NCBI GenBank assembly: GCA_964035545.1
Contig: OZ037765.1
Span: 31,371,504-31,435,503, forward strand
Direction of reading: 5' to 3'
Length of the DNA: 64,000 bases
From: Bugula neritina
Lineage: Eukaryota; Animalia; Bryozoa
Below are positions 30,616-59,739 of this stretch, piece after piece (within the stretch, counting starts at the first letter, position 1; each line of letters starts with the position of its first letter). The translations under genes and the position numbers were made by a program. The notes under the pieces were generated by a model, which saw only the letters and a list, made by a program, of their open reading frames with translations, was not told the origin of the DNA and did not search any database.

Positions 30616-32069
30616 TAGTAGGACCATACATTCCACCCCATCCCACCCACTCACAACCCATTGCATTCTGAAAGGTGCCAGTAGTTCTGTTGCGTAATTG
30701 TGGCAAAGCATTATCTGAAAGCATATTAGGCTGCCTACAGATTGAGTGAACATACGTGACAGCACCAGTAGTAGATGCTGCTTTTATCATTAATCTCTTT
30801 GCCTAGTCTGTGAATCACTTTTGAAGGTGTCCATTTCATCCCCTACAAGTACAAAAAAGCAGATTTTAAATTATAAAACCACAACACTGCTTACAAAATT
30901 AATTCCTGTAAATGAATCTATTCTTGCAGCTTCAAGTTCGATAAATGATCCAAATTGTCTAATATTTCAGCAACATACTGCGGTAATTAAATTTTACACA
31001 GAAAGTATCGTAAAACACAATATGGGTAATTCTCAAAGAATGACCAAGAGCAATATGATGTCATACACTGAGAATTTGATGACTCATCTACCTGGGAGTT
31101 CTGTTCCTCCAACATCTGGTCGAGAATTGGCATTAACCAGTTTTCAAACGTAACATAATTATCATTTGGTACAAGCATGTTACCTGGAAACACAATACAA
31201 CTCGTATTGATTCCCTACAAAATGCTAACTCTGAAGGTTCTCATTTCAAAGCTCTATTCACTTACACAAGGAAATACTAAAGCATAAACTTTTTCTGCTA
31301 CCTAGCACTAGCTTGTTTGTAGTGTTCAAAAGCTTCAGATTGACTCATTCTTATCAACATAATGTCTTTGTATATATTTTACAGCATATAGAAGAAAAAC
31401 GTCTGAAATCTATCATTATACCTGTCCATAATGTATTTTAATAACACATTCCATTTTCTACAAAATTTGATATATTTTTTTGATGCCCATCAAATATTTT
31501 CATGTGAAGAAAATTAAACAAAGAAGACCTTCAATTTGCCGACCAAAATATGTCTCTTGATATGTTGTGCTCTAACAGCAACATACGGCCTTCACATTTT
31601 CAAAACAAATTGATGTAGTAACTATATACTAAAATGAAGATTTTTGAGCCTATTAACTCTAATTACTCCTTTCTTGCGCAGCTCTTTCCCAGACAAATTA
31701 AATGCACCGATGTAGGAATTCCCTAAACGTTTGATAAAATCTTCTTCAATTCCACCAGCAGTTACAACCAGACAGTCAACCTATAAACACATATCAATCT
31801 ACATCTCCACATGTAATGAAATGGCAAGCCATTAACAAGTTTAACCAGTCATTGGTTGAATTGACTATCAATACATAATGACAGGATTATAACATACATA
31901 GTTAACTACATTGTTAATTTAAGGCCACAATATTACTGCAAAGGCTTATTTACTTTTGGGCTATATTTAAACGACATAGGATTGCCGGAAATCATGAAGA
32001 AAGATGCACACTGAAACACCTACCATGTTATGTTCCACCAGGTATCGGATTGTCTCCCTCACACCACAT

Positions 32070-32293
32070 TGTAATGTTGTAGTAATTAGTGAATCAGAAC
32101 AAGAAACCTGTTTTGTCATCTGTGCTGTTATTTTAACCCTGTTGCAAGAGTCGTGTCAGGTCAGCAACAGGATATATGATTTGCTATGTTTATGTACACT
32201 TATGAAGTTCAATAATAAATCAGTCTAGATCTGTGTGACAAACTACAAAGACATTCCCTTGCTGCTCCTATCATATAATACACTAACATTAAA
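32070..32293 (+). repeat. 5' LTR
   Basis: TGTAATGTT...AACATTAAA; direct repeat of 44270-44493. Confidence 0.95.
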
Positions 32294-32379
32294 ATTGGCG
32301 ACGAGGATAATAGAGGAGGTTTATTTGATGCTCTTTCGGAAGGGGATTGTAGTTTCTAGACAAGGTTCGTAGTATCAAA

Positions 32380-44042
<11,663 letters not shown>

Positions 44043-44269
44043 CTAAAATTAAAGTTTAATGAAAAGGCTACCCCTCTAGGTGTTCCCAGATCTTATTTGT
44101 GTGCCTGCATTTATTATTAGTTAGCAGATTTATAAAGTTATTAATACATAGTAGAGCAGAGGCACAGAAGATTTTATGTTATATTTTGTTGCTACATAGT
44201 GTAAACAGTTAAACTATTGTAGTCAGTTTTCCATATACATAGTATCTTTTCTTTGAAATACATAAGGGA

Positions 44270-44493
44270 TGTAATGTTGTAGTAATTAGTGAATCAGAAC
44301 AAGAAACCTGTTTTGTCATCTGTGCTGTTATTTTAACCCTGTTGCAAGAGTCGTGTCAGGTCAGCAACAGGATATATGATTTGCTATGTTTATGTACACT
44401 TATAAAGTTTAATAATAAATCAGTCTAGATCTATGTGACAAACTACAAAGACATTCCCTTGCTGCTCCTATCATATAATACACTAACATTAAA
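44270..44493 (+). repeat. 3' LTR
   Basis: Direct repeat of 32070-32293. Confidence 0.95.
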
Positions 44494-46319
44494 CACATGA
44501 CACTAGATTGCTAGTCAAACCCAGAAATATTGTACAGTTGGACAACCTCCTGTTAGTGTGACTGTTGAAATCTGTAATATTTTCAACTGGAACCTCTAGC
44601 TTTTTATTAATCTAGAAAATTTAATATATAACAACAATTATATGCAGCAAAACTACCCATAAGATTATTTATAAAACAGAGTTTTGTGATGTGTAACTTT
44701 ATATCTGTATAGGTGAGAGTGGTTTGTGTTCTGGTAGGAGTGGCCTGTGTACTGATGGGAATGGCCTGTGAACTGGTAGGAGTGGCCTGTGTACTGATGG
44801 AAATGGCCTGTGAACTGGTAGGAGTGGCCTGTGTACTGATGGGAATGGCCTGTGAACTGGTAGGAGTGGCTTGTGTACTGGTGGGAGTGGTTTGTGTACT
44901 GGTGGGAGTAGCCTGTGTGGTGGTCATGGGAGTTGCCTCTGCACTAGAAGACACCTTTTACACCCCTACAGACCCACTATATTAATGTTACCACACCTAC
45001 CATGCGTATTATTTCTTGAACTGCAAGACCAAACTTGGTTGCTGAGAATCCACTGGAAGCATAAGACGATAGCAAGGCATGGTGATCAATACCATTGTTA
45101 AAATCATAGCCTTTGACAACCTAAAACATTCAATAGATAAAATATGTTCTTTGAAGTTCTGAATGACCTCACCTGATTTAAGATTAAAAGAAAGTTCACA
45201 AGGAAACAAATTGTTCTACGAACATCAATTTTTGCCAAATAAAATATTTTTTCTTAGATTTTCTTTCGCAAAAATAAACTATTCTAATGTCTAATATTGT
45301 TATATTAGGCAACCAGTATAAGCATTTCATTTATTTAGGTCATTCACTATTTTTAGTTTGAACAAGTCGAAATTTAAGTTTCTTCAGCACAGTGTTATAT
45401 AGACTTTTAAATATTAAGATTTTTGAACTTGAGTTTGAATTTTGACTTCTGAAAATGCTTTAATACAAATTCATATTTTTCATGCTACCATCTTTACTGA
45501 AACTACAAAGGTGAATCATACTTTACCGTAGCATTAGTACTATCAAAGTCACCTTTAGCAAGTACAGCTTCTGCAGCAATAGATGGCACATCAGCGCTAG
45601 CTTTGGGAGTTGAAGCCATTACCTCTTGTTAGTTATGAAATATCCTGTAACAAAGTAGCATTTAATAAAAAAAACTATAACTAGCAGTTGGAGTTGTTTG
45701 CTCACTACAAGCAAAGTGCTCAATGATCCACACCTTTTTATGCATTTTGAAACACTTTTTATTTCTGTATTTTACACTAAAGATGTCAACAGAATGTAGA
45801 TGCCTTTAGCTCTTAAGTTTTATATTTTATTCTATAGTCTTTATCTAAAATATAATAATTTAATATAAATTTCAATTCCTTTCACTACTAATTACCACAT
45901 GCATACAACATATCAATGTTTTATTTAAATCTCTAAATAATATTGTTACAGTATATATATATAATTTTTCCTTGTTAGTTTAAAATTTTTATGTTGTCAT
46001 TTTTTGTGTTATGAACTTGGTGTATCTTACTTCACAATGAGCTTCCCAGTGTAATTTATCTGTCTTTAGCATTGAAATTAAAATATTTGAAATTGAAATA
46101 TTTTTAAATCCATTTATTTTGCATTCGATTCTCCTCTGTTATATAGACTGAAGGTCTAGTTATTCTTTTAAGAATTGCTTATATGGAAATCCAATTCTAA
46201 CAAATTATGTATTGCTGTTGACTAGGTCTTGAATTATAACACTGAGCAAAAAATGTTAAATTAAATGAAATGAATTTAACAGTAGGCAAGCAGCTTGAAT
46301 ATGTTGTTACTGCTAAGTG

Positions 46320-46700
46320 GTCAGTTCTTGAAGTATTATTGCAGATGATAAATAAAGTAGTAAACAAAAAATACTTCTAGTTTATTTATTATAAATGAAG
46401 TTACTATAAATTGATAGATTGTTTAGTTATTGTAATCTTGTTTAAACTCTAAAAAATATCACTTAGCAGTTATGAACTATTTTAGTTGTTTACTAAAAAC
46501 ACAGATTATGTATTTTAGGTATCAACACACATATTGGTTATGGGACAAGCAGGAGTAATCAACTTTGGTAAAAGGAAGAATAATATCCACGCTATTAGCA
46601 GAAGGTGTGGGAAAACTTCCTTCACATACAAAAAAATCTATAGGAAGCAACTAACGATAAAATGTGTGTTATCAATACAATAAATTATATATTTAGTAAT
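46320..46700 (+). pseudogene. RPL37 relic (intron-1 end, exon 2 fragment, 3' flank) in the right duplicate block
   Basis: 46552-46640 reads GVINFGKRKNNIHAISRRCGKTS, then frameshifts (compare [23 protein letters not shown]). 46328 CTTGAAGTATTATTGCAGATG matches RPL37 intron 1 at 17717. 46671-46730 matches the RPL37 3' region at 18442-18510. Confidence 0.85.
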
Positions 46701-46793
46701 ACATTTTATAATTTCTTCTAACTCTCTAATTAATATTTATTGCTTTGGACGGATTAAACACACAAGATCTGTGATTCGTTCACCAACATCTAT

Positions 46794-49700
46794 TCACCAA
46801 GATCTATTTCGTATTAGCAATATCTGTAAGTTTTGAATATCAGTGCCTGTTGGGCCGGTGGTCACATGGTAACGTCCACTATCTAGATGTTTGTAAAAAT
46901 TGAATGAGTCATTATTATCCAGATAATCTTGAGCTGTCTTCCCATTCACGATACACTCAGCTTGTTCATGGTTAGCTAGTGCTCCGGCTACGTTAGTTCC
47001 ACCATCTGTACCGTCAGAGTCTATACTCAGTAGTTGAACTTCACATGCCTGTCAAAACCATCTTTTAAATTACAGTATCGCTACAATAATCTAACAAGCT
47101 TGCTATATGCTGGGAATATCACGAAATTTTCAACTAACTTCCAACCAAGTAATAGTAGTTTAAACTGAGACCAAAAGTGTACAGTATTCTTTTTTTCTGT
47201 TGATAAAAGACCTGATAGACTTTTGGACCGCTGCTCAGATCATGTATCAAAACTCGATCAATAGTTTCAATGTTACATAAATTCTGTGTAAAAAGGCTCA
47301 AGTCACGTGACAGCAATTATTCATCAGATTGTTTCAAATACACTTGGCAGTAGAATTTAAGTTGCCACTGAAAAGAAAACTCCCTAAGAGTATTGAGCAC
47401 CTGCAAGGCCTCGTGCTGGCTGTGTCGCTGCTTCAAGTAGATTGCCGTAGCCAATGCGGTCTCCTGACAAGGACCTCCCTTGCCTGACCCTCTCAGGTGT
47501 ACCGTCACTTCCGAGTTGAAAATAAGACAAACCGGTTTCTTGGCACTTTTTGCATCTTCAGATATTCTTGCTATTTCTTTCAGTTCGTTCTTAGTCATAC
47601 CCACTATTAATAACATGACAGACAAGCAGGGTTACTTGTAGCCAACTATTTTACCACATGTATTATATGTGGTAAAAGTGGACTCACTAATTAGTAATGA
47701 ATATAACAAAGAATAAGTACCTGCCTTTACTAATTAGTAATGAATATATTAATATAATATGAATGCATAATGTAATGGAGCATTTGCCAACTTACTTTTA
47801 ATGCACTCGAGCTCAACACTGACAATGTCGCTCTCTGTGTGGGAGTTGTTGCGCCTTGTTAGCAAGGAGGTCACGTACTGAGATATACACGCCAACAATA
47901 ACCCATTTTCAGTTGTGTTGGTATTCGATGCACTCTGAATAACATTCTTAGCCGGTATTCCTACAAATGAAGTTTAAATGCTCAGCCACCTATAATAAGA
48001 GTTGGAGTCACAATAATTCTATGTAAAAACATGAAAATTGATTTTAATACTAATAGCTGCTTAAAGACTTTATAGTTGGCGTTGTATAAAACTGATAAAT
48101 GTGCAGCCAAAAAAATGTCTATTTTATGAAAAATATCTTAGTTATAGCTTATACCACGGAGGTGTAGACAATATTATTGCAGCCTCACAAATATATCATC
48201 AATTATAAATAAATTGACATCATCCTTACTTGTGATGCTTATTAGTCGTTCTCATTAGCATTGCATAGAATGAGACATGGTAACGATTCATCTAGTAGAA
48301 TATTGTATGTTTCCGAGTCAAGCAAAGTTTATTATTTCACAAGAACTTGAGTTTTCTAGCAGTGTACATTTATAACTGATTTTGATGCACAACATAGTGT
48401 ACTGAGAAGCAACCCAAACACACTGACACAAGGATATCTAAGCATAGCCTGCATATCGCCTTATCTCACCCAACTCATTGCACTCCTGGAGTATTCCCCT
48501 TACAGCTATTTCTTCAGTTCCTGCTACAATGTTGATGGTATTGGAAGTGTCCCGCCGTCTGTTTGGGCCACTGGAGATGGTGTTGGGACTGTCTTCATAC
48601 AACTTTCGGGATTTAGCTTCTTGAGCATCTTTTGCTAGCAGATCAATAACTGCCTTTGGAGCCTACAATAATGTATTGAATATAGCATGTGCTATAATAT
48701 TGTATTGCATATAGCATGTGCTATAATATTGTATTGCATATAGCATGTGCTATAATATTGTATTGAATATAGCATGTGTTATAATAATGTATGGAATATA
48801 GCATGCGCTATAATAATGCATTGAATATAGCATGTGCTATAATATTGTATTGCATATAGCATGTGCTATAATATTGTATTGAATATAGCATGTGCTATAA
48901 TATTGTATTGAATACAGCATGTGCTACAATAATGTATTTAATATAACATGTGGTATAATAATGTATGGAATATAGCATGCGCTATAATAATGCATTGAAT
49001 ATAGCATGTGCTATAATATTGTATTGCATATAGCATGTGCTATAATATTGTATTGCATATAGCATGTGCTATAATATTGTATTGAATATAGCATGTGTTA
49101 TAATAATGTATGGAATATAGCATGCGCTATAATAATGCATTGAATATAGCATGTGCTATAATATTGCATTGAATATAGCGTGTACTATAATATTGTATTG
49201 AATACAGCATGTGCTACAATAATGTATTTAATATAACATGTGGTATAAAAATGTATTGAATATAGCATGTGCTATAATATTGTATTGAATATAGCATGTG
49301 CTATAATATTGTATTGAATATAGCATGTGCTATAATAATGTATTGAATATAGCATGTGGTATAATATTGTATTGAATATAGCATGTGCTATAATAATGTG
49401 TTGAATATAACATATGCTATAATAATGTATTGAGTATAGCATGTGCTATAATGATGTATTGAATATAGCATGCGCTATAATGAAACAGTCCTTAGATATT
49501 ACAGGAGAGCATAACTCCTAAATAGAATGACTAATATAGTGCATATTTGTATGATGTCAGCAACAAAATATACAGGTGACTTTCCCAAAGTTATAGTAAA
49601 TGATTACAGATAAGGAGAATATTATCAAACGGACGTGGTGTGTCATTAACCACAGCTTCAGTGATCATAAAGCTGACACACCTTGCAGGCATTACTCTAT

Positions 49701-52700
49701 TCATTTAGACTTTACTGTTGTAACGTAATATTCATCTCCGCCACAAATTATACTACAGAGCATGTAGAAGGCAGTTCTATCAATGTGTACTTTTAGGAAG
49801 GGTGGCGGCATAGCCTCACCTTATCTACAAGGTGGTATTTCCGCAGAATCTCCAAGGCTTGCTGAGGAGTTGAACTGTCAGTAGAGGTTAGACCACCAGA
49901 GACCTGGGCGGAGAGGGCGTGAGGCAAGTCACTCAGTATGACAGAGATTACCTGGAGAGGATTGAACACTTTAGCCAGATGATCAATTCATATACTAATA
50001 CATAACAGCAGTTAACTAGTCACACTGCATGATCAGATTTAGAGACAGTGCATAAATTAATTGAATAGACAACTCCACAACTCGACAAATTAGAGCTTCG
50101 ACACAAGAATTTTTTACCTCTAAACCTCTACCAAATATGTTATTCAAAAGTTTCATCATGTCCCTCATCTCCTATTATCTACCTATTATTTTTACATGTA
50201 TTTATGCAAGTGAGAAAAATGCTATTGGAAAGATTTTCAAAAACTGCTCTAAACTTGGTATTGAGTATCATGACATAGATTTGCGTATTCAGAAACTAAC
50301 TGAAGCATTATTAACATATTAAATGGAGATTAATAAAAACGAAATCAATTTTTATGTTATAGTAAAAGATGACAGTTGGAAGGAAACAATACTTTATTAT
50401 CATAAACTAATACTCAATAATAGTAACAGTTAACAAGTCACGCATCAAACCGAGAGAAATTAAGAATTTCCAAGGTAAATTATATAAATTAATTGAACAG
50501 ACAACTCCACAACTGAGTAAATTATCTGACAATAATGTGATCTACCTTAGCGGGGGCAGCCATTTCTGAGAGTCCTCCACCTTTAATTAGACTGAGATTC
50601 TTATGTACAAGATCCTGTTCGAGTTTGGCTACTCCGTAGGATTTCATCAGCTGCACAACACTCATCTTATCCTCCAGTGTGAGTGGAGGTTTAGGAAGGG
50701 CCACTAGTGTTGACCCCCCACCTGTTAATAGTGTCAACAACATAGACTCTAGTCTTATTGTAATAGTTTATGCTACAAAAACGAAGACACATGTAAGATA
50801 TAACCGGTCTTTTAAAAGTAGGTCTGTATACCACCACACAGTAGCAACTTTATACTAAGAGTCTGTTGTAAAGTAGCTGCAACTCAACCCAAACAAGATA
50901 CAACAACTCCAAACCTGCAACTTTGGCAGATAATTTAACACAAAAGTTTGTTTGAATTCCATAAGTTCACACAATACATGAAGTGGACAACTCCGTTGTC
51001 ACTATAAGATGAGTCAAGGGCAGACAAACCTGATATCAGTGTAATGAGTATGTCTCCTGTCTTTAGACTGGCAGCGATGCCGGAGATATACTCCGCTGCC
51101 GAACATGAACTCTTATGAACTGTGTGGCTATTTCCTTGGTCTAGGAACTCAAACTTCTTCCTTGGAACTAAGTCTCTGCCATACAGAACAGTGCAGGGGT
51201 ACATTAGAAATCTTTACACAAACTAATATAATGGGTAGAACTAGGAGATTAGCTGCACAACTGAAATATTAAGTCACCCTTGGTTGTCACAGGTAGCTGA
51301 TTACAGATCCTGGTTTGGTCCAGGGCACAGAACTTGCGTACAGACCACAACACAGAATACAATATAAATAATTATTATATTTATTTAATGTGACTTGCTA
51401 GTGAAAAACTACAAAAAATTGTAAAAGAATAAGCAAAAAGAAAAAATATATTATGCTATGGTATTACATTCAATTACTATTATAGTCACAACACATGATG
51501 TCTGGTATTACAATGCTGAAAATCTGGCCTTGTAAATCGCTAGCTTTTAAAACAAAACAGGACTAGGCAGCCTTGTAGGACCTTATTCAAAGCACCTACA
51601 ACTTACACTTCGGATTATTCAGAGACCAAGCTAACAAAGACACATATATAGACTGGTAGGGGCATCACAAACCTACCCCTTCCCACTATCTATCAACGCC
51701 TGTACAGAGCCATGAGGAACCACAGCCACACCTTGAACTATCTCTTCACCCAGTAAGTCTTCAAGTTGTCTACACATTCCTGTGACAGCCTTGCCAACTG
51801 CCAGCACATGCACGTTACGGTCTATGTTGTACTCACATTTTAGTGTCTAGAAACCAGCCAATAATAGTGCCCGTTACATTTTAACTATCTAGACAGGTGT
51901 TACTTTGGTTAGGCAAAATAGATACTCTATTATAATAGAAACTAGTAAAGCAGATAGTAATGTACAGAAATAGTGAGTATAGTTGAATATGCTAGTTATT
52001 AGAAATGTGTTTTACCAATAGTTGTTAGCAGGTGGTTCTGTGAACCTCTGTAAATGAGATTACAAATGTTAGGTACTCCAAAAATAAGGCTTGAGCTGTA
52101 TGAATATTTTTAATATAAAAATACCAGATTCTTGAAAGTAATTTGCCTCACATGTGTGACATTGATTATAATATTTGCAGGCTGCTTTTTACTATTAAGA
52201 AATTATCTGAAATTTACACTCTGCTAATGCAGTGGATCATTGATGTAAATAAATTAAATGGTGGAGCTAAAATAGACAGCCAAACATCAAAGGACAAAGA
52301 TATTAAGAGAAGTAAAACAATGATACAATTTTTGACATTCAACATTACAAAGATTAATCTTAACCACATAGAAAAAAATTAAAGCTCTGAAAATTAAGGA
52401 CAATACTCAAAAGTTGCTTTATAAAAAAGAGCTTCAGTTCATGCATAGCTTCTTGCATGCTATAAGATAATATGACAAATAAACAGTATATGTAAAAAGC
52501 TAGCAGCTAGGGAATACCAGATGCAATAGGAAATCATGTGCAACAGCAGAAAAAAAGACAAAGTAACAAGGTAGATTTTACCTTCTCTATACCATTATCG
52601 GAATAGGGCTGAAACTGCAAAAGGAAATTTAAAACCTATTACAGTGTTATAAATACTTTAGTGGCTCTTATAACATAACATAGAGATGAGTGTAAGTAAA

Positions 52701-54230
52701 TATTGAGCAAAGAAGGGGAATAATAGAGTTTGGTTATTAATGCAAGAAAGCCTCATAGCTCTAGCATGACTAAAAGATGAAGGTTGGCTAAAGGTTTAAA
52801 TTAAATATTAGTGTATATTTTGGAAGTCGTCTCATCCTTTTAATGTGATGTCATTAATAAATGTAAGTTTATAATTTTATACAGAATCACATTTTAAAAC
52901 ATGATATATTAGCACATCCCTTTGTGTAGTTGAATAAAAGTTGAAAAAACATTGAAAAAGACAAATTCTCTACAATTTAAAAACAGCCAAAATTGACAAA
53001 TTATTATATATTTGAAAAGAAATCATAATGATGTAAAAAAAATATTAGTGAGCCTTTCAAGTTACTAAAGTCTATTTTTTAAGTACTTGGTTTCTTTACT
53101 CACAACTAGCAAACAATTTGTTATGATATTAAAAAAGAACTCTCCTATGATATGAGTTCTTCCAAGCACATTGTATTTCTTCTGAGTTACGACTAGCAAT
53201 AGTATTGAAAATATCCAAAAAATTGAATAAAGTAACAGCCTGAAGAGAACAGGTGTAAAGCTTTTGCATAAGCTATAAGCATTACTCACCATTTTTAAAC
53301 TCAGATCACTAGTGTACAACTGAAATTTCAACAGATATGCTATGAATGATAGATATTTAGATAACATGAAATAATCTATAGAGAAAAAAATCTATACACT
53401 ATTTTTTAAGATCACAGTCACTGTCTTTCTACACATTAAAGCTGCTGCATTAGCTACGAAGTCAATCAGGATGTGGTTGAGTAATGAAGGCCAATGAGTG
53501 ATTAGTTTCGTAGTGAATTCAATGCATGGAAAGATAGTGACTAATTCATGGTTGAAAAATTAGGAGCTGACTACAAATAATTGAAATAAAAACATTCAGG
53601 CAAAAAATAATATATATAAATATGATGGCATTTTATTATCTAAATGACAATCTGCAACTAAAAACAGAATATTTTTATTGAGAGTATTTATGTACTCAGC
53701 AAGTAGGTAGTTTCATATCTATTGAAAATGATCATTTGTTAACTTCACTCTAGCCAAAGTTGAACTGACAAAACAACTGTTGCAATTTCAATATTAAAAC
53801 TGTCAAAGTCAGTTTAATAAGTTAATAACAAGGCATGGGCTACAACTCTAATCTTAAATACTAATAGTGTGACACACATCATACCTTCAGAACTTTATTC
53901 TTTTCATCAAAGCTAAATGTCTTATCTATCATAATCTTTGCACTGACTTGGTTGATGCCAGCAGAAAATAGCTTCATCGAAATTTCTGGTAAATTGTCAT
54001 AGTCAACTAGAAGAGATCCAACAAATATAAAATAACATTTTTACAGACTATTATTGAAAGCAAAAGGGAATATAGAATTATAAAATATAAATGCGACACA
54101 AACTTTTCGGTTTCACTGTAGGGTGCTTGGGAAGTGGTAATGAAGAAAAACCAATCATTAAAGTACAGGTAACTGCTTTATGCTGAGAAAGAAGCAGATG
54201 GGAGTGCGCTTTTCTGAGTGCTCCTAGCAT
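46794..54230 (-). CDS. GLYCTK: Glycerate kinase (class II/MOFRL)-like protein, divergent, ~571 aa; exons 54230-54104, 54006-53885, 52608-52582 (micro-exon), 51846-51677, 51175-51030, 50721-50546, 49951-49820, 48662-48470, 47960-47796, 47603-47401, 47048-46794
   Basis: Motifs VGKAVTGM, LISGGGSTL, PPLTLEDK, LSLIKGGGL, VISVILSD, GSGKGG.CQE, DSDGTDG, YLDNNDS and TTGPTGT. Eleven in-phase exons with no stops. The basic N-terminus resembles a mitochondrial presequence. Confidence 0.88.
48667..49481. repeat. 29-bp minisatellite (~28 units, AATA(A/T)TGTATTG(A/C)ATATAGCATGTGCTAT) in a GLYCTK intron
   Basis: The 29-bp period is seen directly. The array abuts the splice acceptor at 48663-48664. Confidence 0.95.
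50083..50483 (+). mobile_element. Short 5'-truncated LINE-like fragment between 31-bp direct repeats
   Basis: ATAAATTAATTGAA(T/C)AGACAACTCCACAACT at 50052-50082 and 50484-50514. The internal LFKSFIMSLISYYLPIIF resembles the post-RT region of CR1/L2-group elements. Confidence 0.5.
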
Positions 54231-54559
54231 ACTGTAAGAACCTAGAAAAAATTTAGTTGTAAGGAAAGGTTAAAAGCACAATCACAATACCAAAATCACC
54301 AATTGTACAATGATAATAATATAAATGATTAATAAAAGTTGACAACATAAATTTATTTTCAACATAAATGATTTAAGCAACATTTATATAAAAATGATAT
54401 CAATTATAATACAAATCGAAAGAATCACTATCAGTATTACTATTAATATTACCATGGCATTAGGCATTATCATTATGATTTTTATATTTGAATTTTTAAG
54501 ATTAACTATTAATATTATAATTATTCATTGTTACTGTTATTGCATTTATTGATTGTTGT

Positions 54560-54870
54560 AATACTAATACTAAGAGTTACAATATAAATAATTACAATAT
54601 TAAGCTTGCTATTACTATTAGTATTAGTATTATACTAATAGTAATAGCAATATTTAATTTTACCTTGTCATTAAATTCAATATTATTTTATTAAACATTA
54701 GCATTAGACTTAGTTTTGAAATTAAATTAAAATTATTAATTAATACTAACAGTAATAGTAATAGTAATACTAATACTAATAGTAAAACTAATACTAATAG
54801 TAATAGTAATACTAATACTAATAGTAATACTAATAGTAATAGTAATACTAATACTAATAGTAATAGTAAC
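54560..54870. repeat. (TAATAG/TAATAC)n hexamer low-complexity tract upstream of the GLYCTK CDS
   Basis: Seen directly. Similar tracts occur at 4130-4470, 5060-5430, 5650-5810 and 62800-63200. Confidence 0.8.
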
Positions 54871-56026
54871 TATATTATTTCATTATGAATATTATCAATA
54901 TCATAGAGTCTAACGAAAAGGCTATTTTGTAAATGCTACATCATGATTATTACCAATTATTTTATTTCAATATGCAAAATTATAATGACAGTTTCAGGTC
55001 AAACAACATTCAGATACATAAAATTAAATTCTCATTACGATTACAAATTATCTAAATCCGAATCTGCAACTGGAAGCAGTACAAATCTTTATAAAGAGTA
55101 ATTAATGTACTCGGCAAGTAGGAAATTGCGAATTGCAGCGAGGTTTCTCTTTGTCGACTATAAGTTGATAGAGAGTTGTCTTACCTAACAACTCTATGTT
55201 AATGCTGATGACCATTGAACTATTATAGTTTCAGTTCAGTGCTGATGACCAGCTCTGAACAGTCCTCTCATGCAATGCTATATAAGTTAGCATACTAAAG
55301 CAATGCTATATCCTGTAATCTGTATAGTTTTTGTATAAAAATTAGTATGTTTATATGTATTATACATAATATGATCAAAATTAAAGTTGCAACATTTTTA
55401 GATGCCAGTAAATGTTCTTTGCTAGTAGATTTGCATTCACAAATATACAGCTCAACACAAGCATGCTTGCTTCTACAAAAAAACCATTTTGAAAAATCTA
55501 AATGACAAATTTGCAGGAACATATTATTTTACAGGAAATAAAGCGGATGTCCTTCTAGTTTGTTTAAATGCCATGTAGTCTAGGAATAATAATATATCCA
55601 TGTTTTGCTCCAATTTCTAAAAGCTGGCCATAGCATTGAGAGCAATAACTAAGAGCAGATTACTCCAACAAAATGCTTTTTGTTTTATTATAATTAAAAA
55701 AATGTAAATCTAAAACCAATTAAAGTGCTTGCTACATATAAATCTATTTAAATAAAATGGAAAATTGTATATGTACATTATTACATAGTATAAAATATGG
55801 CGTAAAATTTAAAATTGTAGTTTAGAAAACAAACTAAGTTTTAGCTTCTACACTAACACCGAGAAATCAATATAGTTTCTGTTCACACACAATATGTATA
55901 CATGTGTATGATATGTGTACATAGGTATAGTATATACATCACTATCAGAAGAATATCTATACTCTACATAAAGTATCAATAAAGTGCGACTAGGTAACAG
56001 CCAGGTGCAAACACAAACTAGACACT

Positions 56027-59739
<3,713 letters not shown>

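Noticed and set aside
55200-55262. TGATGA...CTGA pattern resembling a C/D snoRNA or a hammerhead core
   Set aside because: Only ~55 nt, with no convincing terminal stem, no obvious host intron and no GAAA/stem II arrangement.
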